This document shows, one piece after another, positions 43,508 through 56,821 of a DNA stretch of 64,000 nucleotides. The translations under genes and the position numbers were made by a program. The notes under the pieces were generated by a model, which was not told where the DNA came from, made no database searches, and worked only from the letters and a program-made list of their open reading frames with translations. The stretch's first letter is position 1, and the number at the start of each line of letters is the position of its first letter. Source of the stretch: Octopus sinensis (Eukaryota); the NCBI RefSeq assembly GCF_006345805.1, contig NC_043004.1, forward strand, positions 1,550,001 to 1,614,000, written 5' to 3'.

Positions 43508-44690
43508 TTCCACAGAAACAGTGATGTTGATAGGCTCTACCTAAGAAGAAATGAAGGTGGTAGAGGCCTGAAATCAGTGCAGACGGCTTTCGAATGCCGT
43601 ATGGTAACACTCATTCAGCACCTGCTAAACAACAGCAGCAAAAAAATATATATAAATGCAGCCCTGAAAAGTGAGGTGACCAACATTGCGCGAGTTGGCA
43701 TTGAACTCCTCAAGAAACACTCCCTTCGTGATGATCTCCTACACAGCCTCAAAAGAAGCTGGGTCTCTTACCTCAGAGAAGACCTGGATGGAAAGCACTC
43801 AGCCAAAAAAAAAAAAAAGACTATGCATGGGTATGTTGCCCGGAAACTTAAAGAAGAGAATTGACACGAAGCGAAGCCTCTCTTGGACACAAGACCACTA
43901 CATCACATCACACTTTAAATGTTATGCGTTTGAAATCAAGGAACATGAGATTGTCACAAAGTACCTGGTAAACAGCGCTCTTGTAATCCCAAGGGGCAAC
44001 CGCACGTGTAGGCTATGTCATGTTTCTGTGAAATAGATCGGGCATGTGATTAGCTGTTCTAAAATGTCGTCTAGGTACAACCTCCTTATGTAGCAAGATG
44101 TTGTTGCTAAAACAGATTACAATGCCATCTGCAAAAATGACCGTTCTCAAATAAACTTAGAAAATCCCCCTGTTATAGAATTCATTCATAAACACCAACT
44201 CAAGGAATAGTGATGGAATATTTCCATCAAAACTTCTGTGAAATGTAAACATAACAGGCCGGATATTGATCTTTGGGACAGAGGGGCAAAGTTGTTCACC
44301 ATCATAGAGGTCATCTGCCCTGCAGATATAAATACCTCTTTGAAAATCAAAGTAAAAGAGGATATCTATGGACAACTGCTTCGAACTCTCCAGCTTCTAT
44401 ATCCAAACTATGAATTCATATTCATACTAATAATAATTGGAGCATTAGGTTTTGTTAGTAAATGCTTAAAGGAGAATCTGGATAAACTGGGATTTTCAGA
44501 AAGAGAAATAGACCGGCTGATTCGTACAAGTCCAGTCTGTGAGTGGAACAGTAAAAAAATGCAAGACCTTTCTAAAGTTCCATATGTGAATTTGTCTGTG
44601 TTAAATACATCCCAAAGATACAACCTGTATCTTTGTTGGAAACCGGCTCCCTCCTCAGCCACAGATTTATAATTATTAAAAAATAGAAAT
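43508..44690 (+). mobile_element. 5'-truncated R4/Dong-like RLE retrotransposon flanked by (CATA)n
   Basis: DVDRLYLRRNEGGRGL (post-RT), CRLC...H...C zinc finger, HNRPDI...IIEVICP (RLE), IIIGALG; several stops and frameshifts. Confidence 0.85.
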
Positions 44691-44929
44691 GACACACATA
44701 CATACATGCATACATGCATACATACAGGGCGTCGAATACACACACGTTAGTATAGAGGAGAATTACTTACACTGGTTAATGAATCTCCTGTAATTTTGGC
44801 CATTGATAAACGAAATCGTTATCTTCTTTGAGTAAATACAAAGAAACGGCCTATTTTCAAAACATCGTAGCAATAATCAAGTCGTGGAATATAAACCAGG
44901 TGGAAATTACTCTACATACACCATGGCCA

Positions 44930-45520
44930 CGAAAGAAGCTGGATTAAGCTGTTTCGGATCGCGGAACTATCGAGAAAAATTCCACTGGACTTTTGAATTG
45001 AACCGTGACTTAAACCATTGCTGCAGAAAGACTAGGGAAGATCGATAAATAAGCTACATGAAGAGACTTAAAGAAAATTGGGATAAGAAATACTCAACAT
45101 ATTAAAAGTTATCTGCTACATTTGCTGAAAATAAACACGCCACCCTAACAAATGAAGTCACTCAGCCAAAATGTACAAATCGCAAATACCCGTATTGACA
45201 ATACAGTAAACGTCTTCCATGAAGAGTCTGTGAACGACAAGAAACACGACCAAGATGGACTCAACATTAACAGACCTGTGATAACCACTGATGATCCCAC
45301 AAAAATAACCAAAAAAATTATTAATATAAAATACTAAAATCACAGCTTGCATCGAAGATTAAACAGAACTTCACTAAGTCTATACATAAGGCACTGCATG
45401 AGAAAAGGATATTGAAACGAGTTGGAAAAAAACGCTATCGACTTGATGTTCCTGATCAAGAGCGAGTCTGTGGTAACCATCGGCACCAGTTATGCCTCCC
45501 GGCTAGAAATAACAGCTAGG
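44930..45520 (+). mobile_element. Probable N-terminal fragment of an RLE-type retrotransposon
   Basis: WTFELNRDLNHCC...YMKRLKENWD resembles RLE-clade N-terminal regions; degraded. Confidence 0.45.
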
Positions 45521-46331
45521 TCACTTTAAAGCCTACTATAAAATCAACTGTCATAAATGTGCAAAAGAAATACTGGGTTATATAATCCAAGATGCCCTTA
45601 AACAGACAAGATTTGAAGGGCTGGAATGAATTTCGCTATAGCTCGACACAAACGGAGTTTACCTGGAAATAAACAACAACAAAACAAAATAGGAAAAAAG
45701 AATTCACAGTTTCAAAGTTAAACTATTGTACCCCTGCCGTTGGTTTATTGGGTACCTACCATTGTGTAGTTAGAACATCATAACGTCTTTGTTAAATGAT
45801 GCAAATGCGAATGCCATAAAAATGTATTTTGAAAAAATATGATTTTAAAAGACATATATTCATTTTACACTCTGCTATAGAAAACCATTGAATATTTCTT
45901 CTGTTTGAAGAGAATCTTCAAATATAGTTGAACTGTTTGAAACACTTGCTAGTTACACAGCACAGCGCTACGTTGAGATCGCTTACAAACTCCTCTTACC
46001 CATTAACAAAGACACCTACAGACACATACATAAATGCACACACAAACACACACACGCGCGTACACACATCCATACACATACACCTACACTATTTTTGATT
46101 GCATATTTCTTTTATTGACACGGTGATATATAAAAACGACGACCTGATCTATTTTGATTGTTGCCTTCGTTTCTGCTTTCATTTTTCACATATTTTTACA
46201 TATATATTTAGAAAATTTGTCAAATGTCGAAATACAGACGAACGTTCGAAGAGCTGCAACGGATTTAAGCAGGCCATCATTTTTTATACATACATACATA
46301 CATACATATGTATATATATGTGAGTGTATAT

Positions 46332-46403
<72 letters not shown>

Positions 46404-46457
46404 CATACACACATATATATATATATATATCATATATATAGATGCATATATATATAC

Positions 46458-46495
<38 letters not shown>

Positions 46496-46985
46496 GTGCA
46501 TACATGCATGTATAGATACGTACATACATGCACATATATAGATACTTATGTATTTACATATATACACAGACAAACACACACACACATATATATAAATACA
46601 TACACACATAAATGTACATCACACGCATATATATTTGTATGTATGTATGTATGCGTGTGTGTATGTATTTGTGTATGTATGTATTGATAAATTACTCCTG
46701 CTTAGCAATGGTTCCTTTGAAAACTACTTGGTGTGCAAACAACATTTATACCATAAAAAAAGAGATAACTCGGTATGGGAAAAACTGACATGAATATATA
46801 ATGAGCGCTTCGCTTTATACCAGTTCGCTTTTTAATCTTGAAATGGATAGTTTTATCAATGTTCATAAGTTCTGGCAAACTTCATATGGTCACGTCAAAG
46901 AGATGGGAATTGTTTTGAAGGGAAAACTTAGTAAAGAAGGTAAATAGATATGAGAGGAAATGGAGAAAAAAGTATTAAAGATAAT

Positions 46986-47026
<41 letters not shown>

Positions 47027-48563
47027 CAAGGTAGAAAGAGTAGGAGTAGTGGAGAAAAAGAATTAACGAAATGAAGAGAAAACGGATCCATTAAAATGGT
47101 CCTCTTGGCTTTTGCCAGCAAAAATCAGTGACATATCATTGTTATCTCAGTCGAAATTAACGGATGGCTCTCTAATTTGATGATCATTAAATCCTCTAGA
47201 TAAAAGTTATCTGCGTTTTTCTGTCCCTATATATGTCTTTCTTCCTTTCTCTTACACTTTATGCACTCTTACTCCCTCTCTTTCCTTACTATCTCTCTCT
47301 TTCTCTCTTTCTCTCTTCTCTCCCCTCCACAGCTAAACCATGACACAGAGAAATCAATTCTTCCTGGTCACTAAGCTATTTCTACATTGTAAGCCATATA
47401 CAACGTCAACGTAAATTCTGTGCATACAAAATTAGGAAATAAAAGAAAACGAAATAAAATGCGAGCGATATGTCTACAGACCATACAGAACTAAATGCCC
47501 TAGCGGCCATTTCTTTTTTATTTCACCCTATCAAATCACTGATTCATTTTTCTAGTCCACTGTAGCTCACCTATTAAAACTACCTTCAGATCAATTGTCT
47601 TTTCTTGTTTTTCTCTATTTGCAACTAATTCGTTGGTTCAATTATTTCCAACATTCACTTTAGTTGGCTTCTTTTGTCAACGATATAATATTTAAAGGAT
47701 ATTGAACAAAAGTTGGCTGTTATTATTACTATTGTACTTCTTTCATTTATTTGGCCTCGAGGGCCTATTCATAAATCTAACGTCTTACAAAAAGAAGATA
47801 TTGAGACACGCGTGAAAAGTACATATACGGTTACTCTAAAATGGTGGATGCGGAGCGATGACCTTATAAAATTTATGGAGACATTAAAATTTGGTAAAAT
47901 AAACACAGATATATTACACAAAAAAAACCCCAACCATATACACGTGCATATATAAATATAAATAAAAGAACATAAATAAAAAGAGATAAGTGTAAGACAT
48001 TCAGACACAAGTGAGAAGACAGCACATGAGTTAATCGCAGGACCCCATGATCCTGGTCACCTACAGGTTTTATGTACGCGGCAGCCACATATTAGAAGTG
48101 TTTAGTTATGAAAAGGCCCGTGAGCCATTAAAATGTTGATTTATGTTAGAAAGAGTCTAGATAATCTAGATAAACTTGTAGCTAAAGGTAACAATTCAGA
48201 GATTTGTAAATTATTTTTATTGGGAGTCTTTTGCTTGTGTATCTCACATAATGGAGACCCTTCTCCTTCTCAGTCGGATCATTAGATTTTCCCTTGTCAA
48301 GTGTTCGTTCACATTATTCAGCCGTTCTAAGACGGCGAACTTAGAGAACCGCTACTGCGCCAGGGGAAAGAGTTTAGCGGCTTTTCGTTCGTCTTTACAT
48401 TTTAAGTTCAAATTCCGCCGAGGTTGACTTTGCTTTTCACCCTCCTGGGGTCGATAAATAAAGTATCAGTTGAGTACTGGAATCGATGTAATCAACTTAC
48501 CTTATACTGCTGATGTTGCTGCTGCTGCTACTACTACTACCACTGCTGCTGTTGCTGCTGCTG

Positions 48564-48608
<45 letters not shown>

Positions 48609-48611
48609 TTG

Positions 48612-48688
<77 letters not shown>

Positions 48689-49009
48689 GCTACTATTGTG
48701 TCCTGTTATGCACGGACATGTTGCTGAAAATGTTGGATTGTTACCAGGTTTTCTTTAAGAGATTATTTTGCTTGAAAAGACCTTGAATATCTGTCCAAAT
48801 ATAAGGTGGGGGTCTGTCTTTGAGACATCCATTTATTTTTCCTAAAAACCCTTAATTTATTATTAAACCTATTCAACAGGGCTTCTTGTATTACAAGCTT
48901 ACTAATAAATTCTCGGAAGAGAGTTACTATAATAATATTCTTCAGAAGAAAACAATATATCTGAATACACGAAGTCAATTTTTCAAATGTTATAAAATAA
49001 AATATTCAG

Positions 49010-49367
49010 ACAGGCGCAGGTGTGACAGTGTGGTAAGACACTTGCTTCCCAACCACATCGTTCCGGGTTCTGTCCCACTGCATGGAACATTAGGCAAGTG
49101 TCTTCTACTATAGTCTCGGGTCGACCAAAGCCTTGTGAGTGGATTTGGTAAACAGAAACTGAAAGAAGCCCGTCGTATATATATATATATATATAGGTGC
49201 AGGCGTAGCCGTGTGGTAAGAAACTTGCTTCCCAACCACATGGTTCTGGGTTCAGTCCCATAAGCAAGTGCCTTCTACTATAGCTTCGGCCGACTAAAGC
49301 CCTGTGAGTGGATTTGGTAGGTGGAAACTGAAAGAAGCCCGTCATATATTTATATATATATATATAT

Positions 49368-49399
<32 letters not shown>

Positions 49400-49615
49400 A
49401 TTATATATATACCTGTGTGTGTGTGTATGTGGGTATTTGTGTGTCAGCATTTGTCTCCGATGCTGGTGTGTTTACGTCTCCGTAACTTAGTGGTTCGGCA
49501 AAATAGATCGATAGAATAAGTACCAGGCTTACAAAGAATAAGTCCTGGGGTCGATTTGTTCGACTAAAGAGGGGTGCTCCAGCATGGTCGCAGTCAAATG
49601 ACTGAAACAATTAAG
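49010..49615 (+). mobile_element. SINE family A with duplicated head
   Basis: Two heads (~49010-49175 and ~49195-49345) followed by one tail. Confidence 0.85.
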
Positions 49616-49937
49616 AGAATCAAAGAATATTCAAAGCAGAAAAATGTTAAAATGTAACGAGGAGAGATATTCGCAGGGCAGAACAATGAAAATGTGTGGC
49701 CTGTCAGCGCAATTTCGTATAACAAACAAAAAAAAACAGTTACAACAATATAAATTTGTATGATATTAACAAACGTTCTAGCAATCAGTGAAAATGGATT
49801 TAACTATATTTGAATTTCAATCGGAGAAATATATGATACTAGTATGTCATAGAGCTGTGTCTGTCCTTGCCTGAGAAATTTATCAAAGTTCAGTTAATGA
49901 AGTCTGTAGATATTTTCTTCATATCTTTCAAGTAATA

Positions 49938-50430
49938 CATTATTTACATTATTTATATTATTTACATTTGACGGATATTTGTCTTCATCTTGTTTGTTGT
50001 TAAAACAACGTTTCGGCTGATATACCTTCCAGCCTTCATCAGGTGTTTTGGGGAAATTTCGAACCTGGGTTCTCATTCCTAAGGTATTTTTCGATTATGC
50101 TATTTAAAAAAGCCCACGGGCATATGGCGTAGTAGTTAAGCGCACGGACTACTAACCCCAAGAATCCGAGTTCGATTCCAGGCAGTGACTTGAATAAATA
50201 ATGATAATGAAAATAACAACAACAACAACAACAACAACAGCAACAATAATATTAATATCATAAACTACCTTAGGAATGAGAACCCAGGTTCGAAACTTCC
50301 CCAAGACACCTGATAAAGGCTGGAAGGTATATCAGCCGAAACGCTGTTTTAACAACAAACAAGATGAGGACAAATATCCGTCAAATGTAAATAATGTAAA
50401 TAATTCCTCATCCCTTAAATACAAAACTGC
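49938..50430 (+). mobile_element. Composite HHR/tRNA-head element (copy 2)
   Basis: Antisense HHR 50047-50002 (canonical CUGAUGA); head 50112-50195 (tggcgtagtag, gagttcgattcc); (TAA/CAA)n; degenerate sense HHR 50305-50350 (CUGAUAA, GCU). Confidence 0.75.
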
Positions 50431-50598
50431 ATTTTCTTTAAAGTAATACTTTTAACACTCCTTAGTTGCAGTATGGCAGCCAATGCTCCGTTGATGAATT
50501 TAGGACATATAGTGGTGCGTCCTTGGTTTTCAAAATCGAGAACGAATAAAAAGAAAAATTGATGCATCTCACATCAGTTAATAATCTGGTGCTGACTT

Positions 50599-50810
50599 TT
50601 ATTTCGTTGTTAACCTTTGTAACACAACACGGATATGTGGTGAGAAAAGATATGATGGAAAACGACATAGAGTTAGGTGGACTGTGGAGGCCATGCAAGA
50701 TCTCAGAGATGTACTCCATTTGGTATTCAGAGAGAAAGGTATAAACTGGCTACATGGAGTATAAGTCCCAGAAGTTATACGATTAGCAGTAAGAAAAATT
50801 TGAGATCTTT
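50599..50810 (-). CDS. Candidate exon: C-terminal half of a divergent C-type-lectin-like domain
   Basis: Strong acceptor ctttttactctgactttcctactccgcttgctag; phase-1 open frame ...PCSQFIPFSLNTKWSTSLRSCMASTVHLTLC... (C-x11-W-x6-C-x9-C) to TAA. Confidence 0.45.
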
Positions 50811-51399
50811 CTAGCAAGCGGAGTAGGAAAGTCAGAGTAAAAAGATGAATTCAAGCAACGTGAGTCAACATCACTCACACCTCCAGTTGCAACTCCGGGA
50901 CTAAAGAATATATCATCCACCGGTCCGGAAGATAACGACCAGAAACTGTTTCTTCGGATAGAAGCAGTGACAGCATTAGACGTTGGATTTATGAATAGGC
51001 CCTCGAGGCCAAATAAATGAAAGAAGTACAATAGTAATAATAACAGCCAACTTTTGTTCAATATCCTTTGAATAGTAGTGTCCTATAATTGATGTTGCTG
51101 GCCCATTTCACCCACAGATAGTTTAGAAGGAAGGAGAGGAAGTAGACGCAGTCAATCCTCTTCAATACGAGATATCTTGACTGTGGAATATGTAAAATGT
51201 GAAGATAGTGCCAATAATTGTTGGGGAATTCCTCATGAGAAGTGCATGAGGTCGGCCATATCTCAATCTCGTGTATGCTGGCACATCTGTAGCTCTACTT
51301 CTAAGTTATGTGTTATACATACAGCTTCCCTCCCCCCTTCTCATTTTATGAATAACGGTGGTAATTAAACTAGAGCCATTGATGGTGACAGTGTTGCAC

Positions 51400-52220
51400 C
51401 CAGGACACTCAGAAATTCTGGTCCGATTCCAGCCTGTCGATATCCGGAAAAGGACCACCACACACGATGTAGATTGAGCAAACAAATTAATGCTGTGGTC
51501 ATGGAGTGTTACTACCTAAGCAACACGGTAGATTAAATACGGAGGAGCAAGCTCTGGCCACAAATTGGAGGATCAAACCATTTCCCATATTGTGAACGAA
51601 TGGCCTAGGCTTGCCCCAAACCACTACAAGCTGTGGCGTCACTATGCGGTAGAAAATGTGCTAAGTTTGGAAACTGTGAACAGTAGGGTCTAGCGAGAAG
51701 CAAGACGTGGTGTGAACACAAACCGCTGAAAGCGGAAGAGTCGGAGACTAGGAAAATCCTCTGGGATTTCCCAATCCAAACGGATCAGGGGATCAGGTGT
51801 TAGAAGATAAAAAAAAAACGGGCTTATTGGTGGTGGACATGGTGCACCACATGTGCTATATAGTTGATGCTGCGTCCCGCTTTGACCCACAAATAGTCAA
51901 GAAGGAAGGCAAAAATATAGATCTATGCAATCTTCTTAAATATGAAATAGCTCGGCTATGGAACACGAAGAAGGCGAAAATAGAGCCAGTTTTTTATTGA
52001 ATCCTTGGAGACAGAATCAGAATGCATGAAGAGGAATGTAAGAGGAAATAGGTATAGAGTTCCCAGTAGAACTGTTACAAAAGATTTGCCTCCTTGACAC
52101 GGCCAAGATAATCAGGAAAATATTAGGTAGTCGAAAAGAACAGACGGCATGGTATCGTCGGCTGCAGGTAGCAAGCCCGCTATGCATGCGAAACTCCAGA
52201 AGCTCCAACAAAACCTGAGT
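51400..52220 (+). mobile_element. Internally deleted R4/Dong-type element ending in (TAA)n
   Basis: N-terminal remnant RLSKQINAVVMECYYLS joined to ILWDFPIQTD...LKYEIARLW...LLQKICLLDTAKIIRKIL, then (TAA)n from ~52220. Confidence 0.75.
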
Positions 52221-52249
52221 TAATAATAATAATATTTATAATAATAATA

Positions 52250-52323
<74 letters not shown>

Positions 52324-52337
52324 TATAATAATAATAC

Positions 52338-52394
<57 letters not shown>

Positions 52395-52409
<15 letters not shown>

Positions 52410-52712
52410 CCATGGGATTGCACCTAGAAAGTTACCCTCCTAGACACAAGTCTGGGCAAGGTGGTTTATGGAAGACCAGCAGTCGCCCATGCATACCGGC
52501 CTCCCCTCTCCACGTCACCGATGTTGTCCAAGGGAAAGGCAAGGGCCGATACAGCTTGGCACCTGTGACGTCGCAACTCATTTCTACAGCTGAGTGAACT
52601 GGAGCAACGTGAAATAAAGTGCCTTGCTCAAGAACACAACACGCAGCCCGGTCCGGGATTCGAGCTCACAACCTCGTGATCGTAAGCTCGACGCTCTAAC
52701 CACTGAGCCATG
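52395..52712 (-). mobile_element. tRNA-derived SINE within (TAA)n
   Basis: Minus strand gcatggctcagtggttagagcg...gagctcgaatccc head; gtgttgtgttcttgagcaaggcac core. Confidence 0.8.
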
Positions 52713-52737
52713 CAATAATAATAATAATAATAATAAA

Positions 52738-53075
52738 TGGGACATCTCAAGTTGACTACAGTACCAGTGATTGCAGGAGTTCTAGGAATGATAAAAAAAA
52801 GGTACTGAAACTTATTTGAAAATGATACCAGGCTTACCATCCCTACAGGAAGTGCAAAAAATCGTGTTAACTAGAACGGCTCATGTACTGAGAAGAGCAT
52901 TATCACTGTGAAAACAACATCCATTCATGAATTTATTTATTTATTCATGTTTAAATACATATTTTACCTGTGAATTTGCATGTGTAATCTGGGAATGCAT
53001 ACAATGAGCTTCTCTGCCCAAGGTGTACGGAAAACACTCGGCGAGAAACGGAAGAAAATTTGAAGAAAGAAGGAA

Positions 53076-53080
<5 letters not shown>
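52738..53080 (+). mobile_element. R4/Dong-type 3' fragment between (TAA)n tracts
   Basis: VPVIAGVLGMI...EVQKIVLTRTAHVLRRALSL*, homologous to the 2668-2907 peptide. Confidence 0.8.
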
Positions 53081-53141
<61 letters not shown>

Positions 53142-53284
53142 CCTTTCTACTATAGGAGCAGGGCCCAAAATTTTGTAGGAGGGGTCAAAAGAATGAAAGG
53201 CGAATCTGATCACGGCAAACATTTGAACTCGTAAAGTAAGTGTTCCCTTTTCTGACATCCTAAATGGCCACCAACACACTTCTC

Positions 53285-53877
53285 AGACATTTCTCTGCTT
53301 CAATTTTATTTTATATCTTTACATTTGTAATGGACTTCGTTTCTCAGTGAAGGATTACGTAAACGTTCTCTGGAATCATTCATCACACGGCTCTTCATTC
53401 ATCTTACAGATTCATTCCGAAGTAAACTGAATCTTCATATGCAGATACTGGATGCTTCGTATGCAGATGCTGGAAATAAACTACGTTCTTTTACTTTGAG
53501 TGTTGTTTTCGTTATTGCTTTCGTTGTAGTTGTTGATCTTTGCTTTATGTTGCATTTGGCGTTGTTACTTGCGTTGCTGTTAGATGTTTTTTCCTTGTTG
53601 TTGATGCATGTGGTTACCTATGTCACTTTATCGACGAAATCTTCAAATATCTTGTGGTTGGTTCAATCGATGCTAACATTCTTATAATTCCCCACTCCTA
53701 TGAATTATTTTTCTTCTCGCTTTTGTTGGTATTGTAGGAATTATTGAAGTTGTAGCTGTAACCGTTATTGTAATTTGGGCCTTGAATACTAGACGATAAA
53801 AACATAACCCACAACATCACAACAGCGAAGAAAACGCGTATTACTTGGAGAACAGTTATAACAATCGACAAAACAAA
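53285..53877 (-). other. Candidate (alternative) terminal exon with AATAAA
   Basis: Acceptor gtattttctgacag at 53878. Phase-0 frame is 59 aa and hydrophobic (FVLSIVITVLQVIRVFF...), stop at 53698-53700; phase-1 frame is 29 aa and Cys-rich. AATAAA at 53310-53305. Confidence 0.3.
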
Positions 53878-54009
53878 CTGTCAGAAAATACACTTGAACG
53901 GGGGATGAAGACGACGACAACGATGGTGATGAAAATGATGATTATCATAATTCTCTCTAAATTTGGTACATCAACCTCAGTACTTAACTGGTATATATTG
54001 TATAGTGAA

Positions 54010-54159
54010 AGGATGTGGTAAATAGCTTGCTTACCAACCACATGGTTCTGAGTTCAGTCCCACTGCGTGGCACCTTGTGCAAGTGTCTTCTACTATAGCC
54101 TCGGGCCGACCATAGCCTTGTGAGTGGATTTGGTAGACGGAAACTGAAAGAAGCCCGTC

Positions 54160-54217
<58 letters not shown>

Positions 54218-54420
54218 GTTTGAGTGTCTGTGTTTGTCCCCCAACATAACTTGACAACCAATGCTGGTGTGTTTACGTCCCCATAACTTAGCGGTTCAGC
54301 AAAAGAGACCGTTAGAATAAGTGCTAGGTTTACAAAGAATAAGTCCTGGTATCGATTTGCTCGACTAAAGGCAGTGCTCCAGCATGGCCTCAGTAAAACG
54401 AATGAAACATGTAAAAGAGT
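54010..54420 (+). mobile_element. SINE family A
   Basis: Head, (TA)n and tail all match the other copies. Confidence 0.88.
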
Positions 54421-54699
54421 GAAGTTGACCTCGGTAGAGTTTAATCTCAGAACATAAAACCAGAAGGAATGGCGCTAAGCATTTTGTTCGGAGTCCTAAC
54501 AACTCTGCCAAGTTTTTAGTTTGGGCACAAGACCAGCTGTTTGGAGGGGAGGGGGTTAATCGATATTTCACTGATATTCCATTTTATAAATCCAAGAAAC
54601 ACGAAAGGTAAATTTGGCGTCGGCGGAATTTAAACTCCGAACGAAAGAACCGGAAGAATTATTGTGATCTAACGATTTTGCCAATCGATTACCATTTAC

Positions 54700-54888
54700 C
54701 CAGTGGCCCTCCCTCCATGCCAATCCATGTGAACAATATGCTAACACTATGAAATAATCCTGAGCCAATCAGGAAGCTTCCTTTGGTGCCGCAGACTGCT
54801 CGAATTAGTAGCCTTATCTCTTTCACATCAAACCCAGTCGTTTTAAAAACAAAACACGTTTGATAAAGTGATTCTAGATGCACTGAAT
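54700..54888 (-). CDS. Candidate 189-nt phase 1-1 exon: N-terminal half of a divergent C-type-lectin-like domain
   Basis: Acceptor attatttttgttag, donor gtaaat; single open frame with QTCFVF...AVCGTKGSFL...TWIGM, resembling the CTLD CYxF / CxxxGxxL / WIGL motifs. Confidence 0.45.
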
Positions 54889-55279
54889 CTAACAAAAATA
54901 ATTTTTAAAAACCCACATTTTGAATACATTTTAACTATTAAGCATGTCAACTGGCGCTATCAGGCCCAAATATTCTACCTATTTTCTGTTAAGGCTAGCG
55001 AGATCCTGCCTTTCCCACCTACCCTACACTGTCATTCAAATATAGACAGTCAATCATCAAAGTCTCGTAGCTTTTAGATAACCCATGATTAATTCAAAGC
55101 AATGTAAATAAATAAGCTTTACACTTGACAGCTAAAGGATTAACACTGAATGCTAAAGGATTAACCATAGATTTTCTTGATGCAGTAGCAACACCAACAA
55201 GGAACCGACGGAAAAGTGACGATACAAACATACCCCACAAAAATGTCTTCTAGAAGAACGAAGGACACTTGGGACTTAC

Positions 55280-55367
55280 CACTTGGGACATCCGTGGTGA
55301 TCAGAGAAAATTGTTTTGTATATTAGTGTCAATGACTGTCAGGAAAAGAAGTCTCCAGAATGGGTAA
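55280..55367 (-). other. Candidate exon upstream of the lectin-like exon; not cleanly in frame
   Basis: Acceptor ttgttttctgtcctcag, donor gtaagt; stops in all frames from this acceptor; one frame ends ...HHGCPK. Confidence 0.3.
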
Positions 55368-55439
55368 CTGAGGACAGAAAACAAATGGTGTTAGTGACCA
55401 AATATACTTTACTTACTTTCACTTTTATTTTTTTTCAGT

Positions 55440-55675
55440 CATTTTTTTCCGTCCTTTGACTGTGGCCATGCTGGAGCACCGCCTTTAGTCGAGCAAATCT
55501 ACTCCAGGATTAGACATTCTTTGTAAGCCTAGTACTTATTCTATCGGACTTTCTTGCCGAACCGCTAAGTTACGGGGATGTAAACACACCAGCGTCGGAT
55601 GTCAAGCGATGTTGAGGTGACAAACACAGACACACAAACATATACATACACACACACATACACACCAGACACACA

Positions 55676-55732
<57 letters not shown>

Positions 55733-55895
55733 GACGGGCTTCTTTCAGTTTCCGTCGATTAAATCCACTCACATGGCTTTGGTCGGCCCGAGGCTATAGT
55801 AGAAGGCACTTGCCCAAGGTGCCAGGCAGTGGAACTGAACCCGGAACCATGTGGTTGGTAAGTAAGCTACTTACCACATAGCCACTTCTGCGCCT
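55440..55895 (-). mobile_element. SINE family A
   Basis: Reverse-complement full copy. Confidence 0.88.
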
Positions 55896-56606
55896 ATATG
55901 TTAGGGATTGGAGATAACCGGATTATAGGGGACTGAAAGAAGAAACAATACCAGTAATAACAAGTGGATAGGTGCAGATAAATGAAAATACAGAGAAATG
56001 ACTATGCAACATCTGTGAACTTGTATGGAAATTCATCGTAGAAAATAATGGTTTTCAAGGCGCTGCCAAGAAGGGTACTTTCAATGCAATAGAAACGACA
56101 ACACCTTAACAAAGTACTCTACATACTCAATAGGTGTAGAGCTGTGTTCAGTCGTACTGTGAAAGCACGCGATATAAAAAAAAACTATTGAAATAATAGC
56201 AGCAGCAGCAACAGCAGCAACAGCAGCAGCAGCAGCAACTAAAGCTACTTCAATATGAAAGCTGGTTTGGCCTTTTCATATGATGAAGAAAAAACAACCC
56301 ACCTAACTAGAAACAGATTTCTCGATATGGCCGGAATATAAATAAAAATGAATCAGTGCAGCAGTTATCTCTGTCAGATGATGATGATGATGATGATGAT
56401 GTCGATGATGACAATGATGATGATGATGATGATGATAGTGGTGGTGATGATGATGATGATGATGATGATGATGGTGAAGATGAATGCTTATGATGGTGGT
56501 GGTGGTGGAGGTGGTTGCGGTGGTGATGAAGCGGACATGATTATGATGACAACATCAATGAAAATAAAGTAATAATCATACTAACAATAACAACAGCAAC
56601 AATACC

Positions 56607-56639
<33 letters not shown>

Positions 56640-56656
56640 CATAATAATAATAATAA

Positions 56657-56691
<35 letters not shown>

Positions 56692-56782
56692 TAAGAATAA
56701 TAATAATGATAATAATAATAATAAAATAATAGTATAATAATTAATAGTAATAATAATAATGATAATAATAATAATAATAATA

Positions 56783-56821
<39 letters not shown>

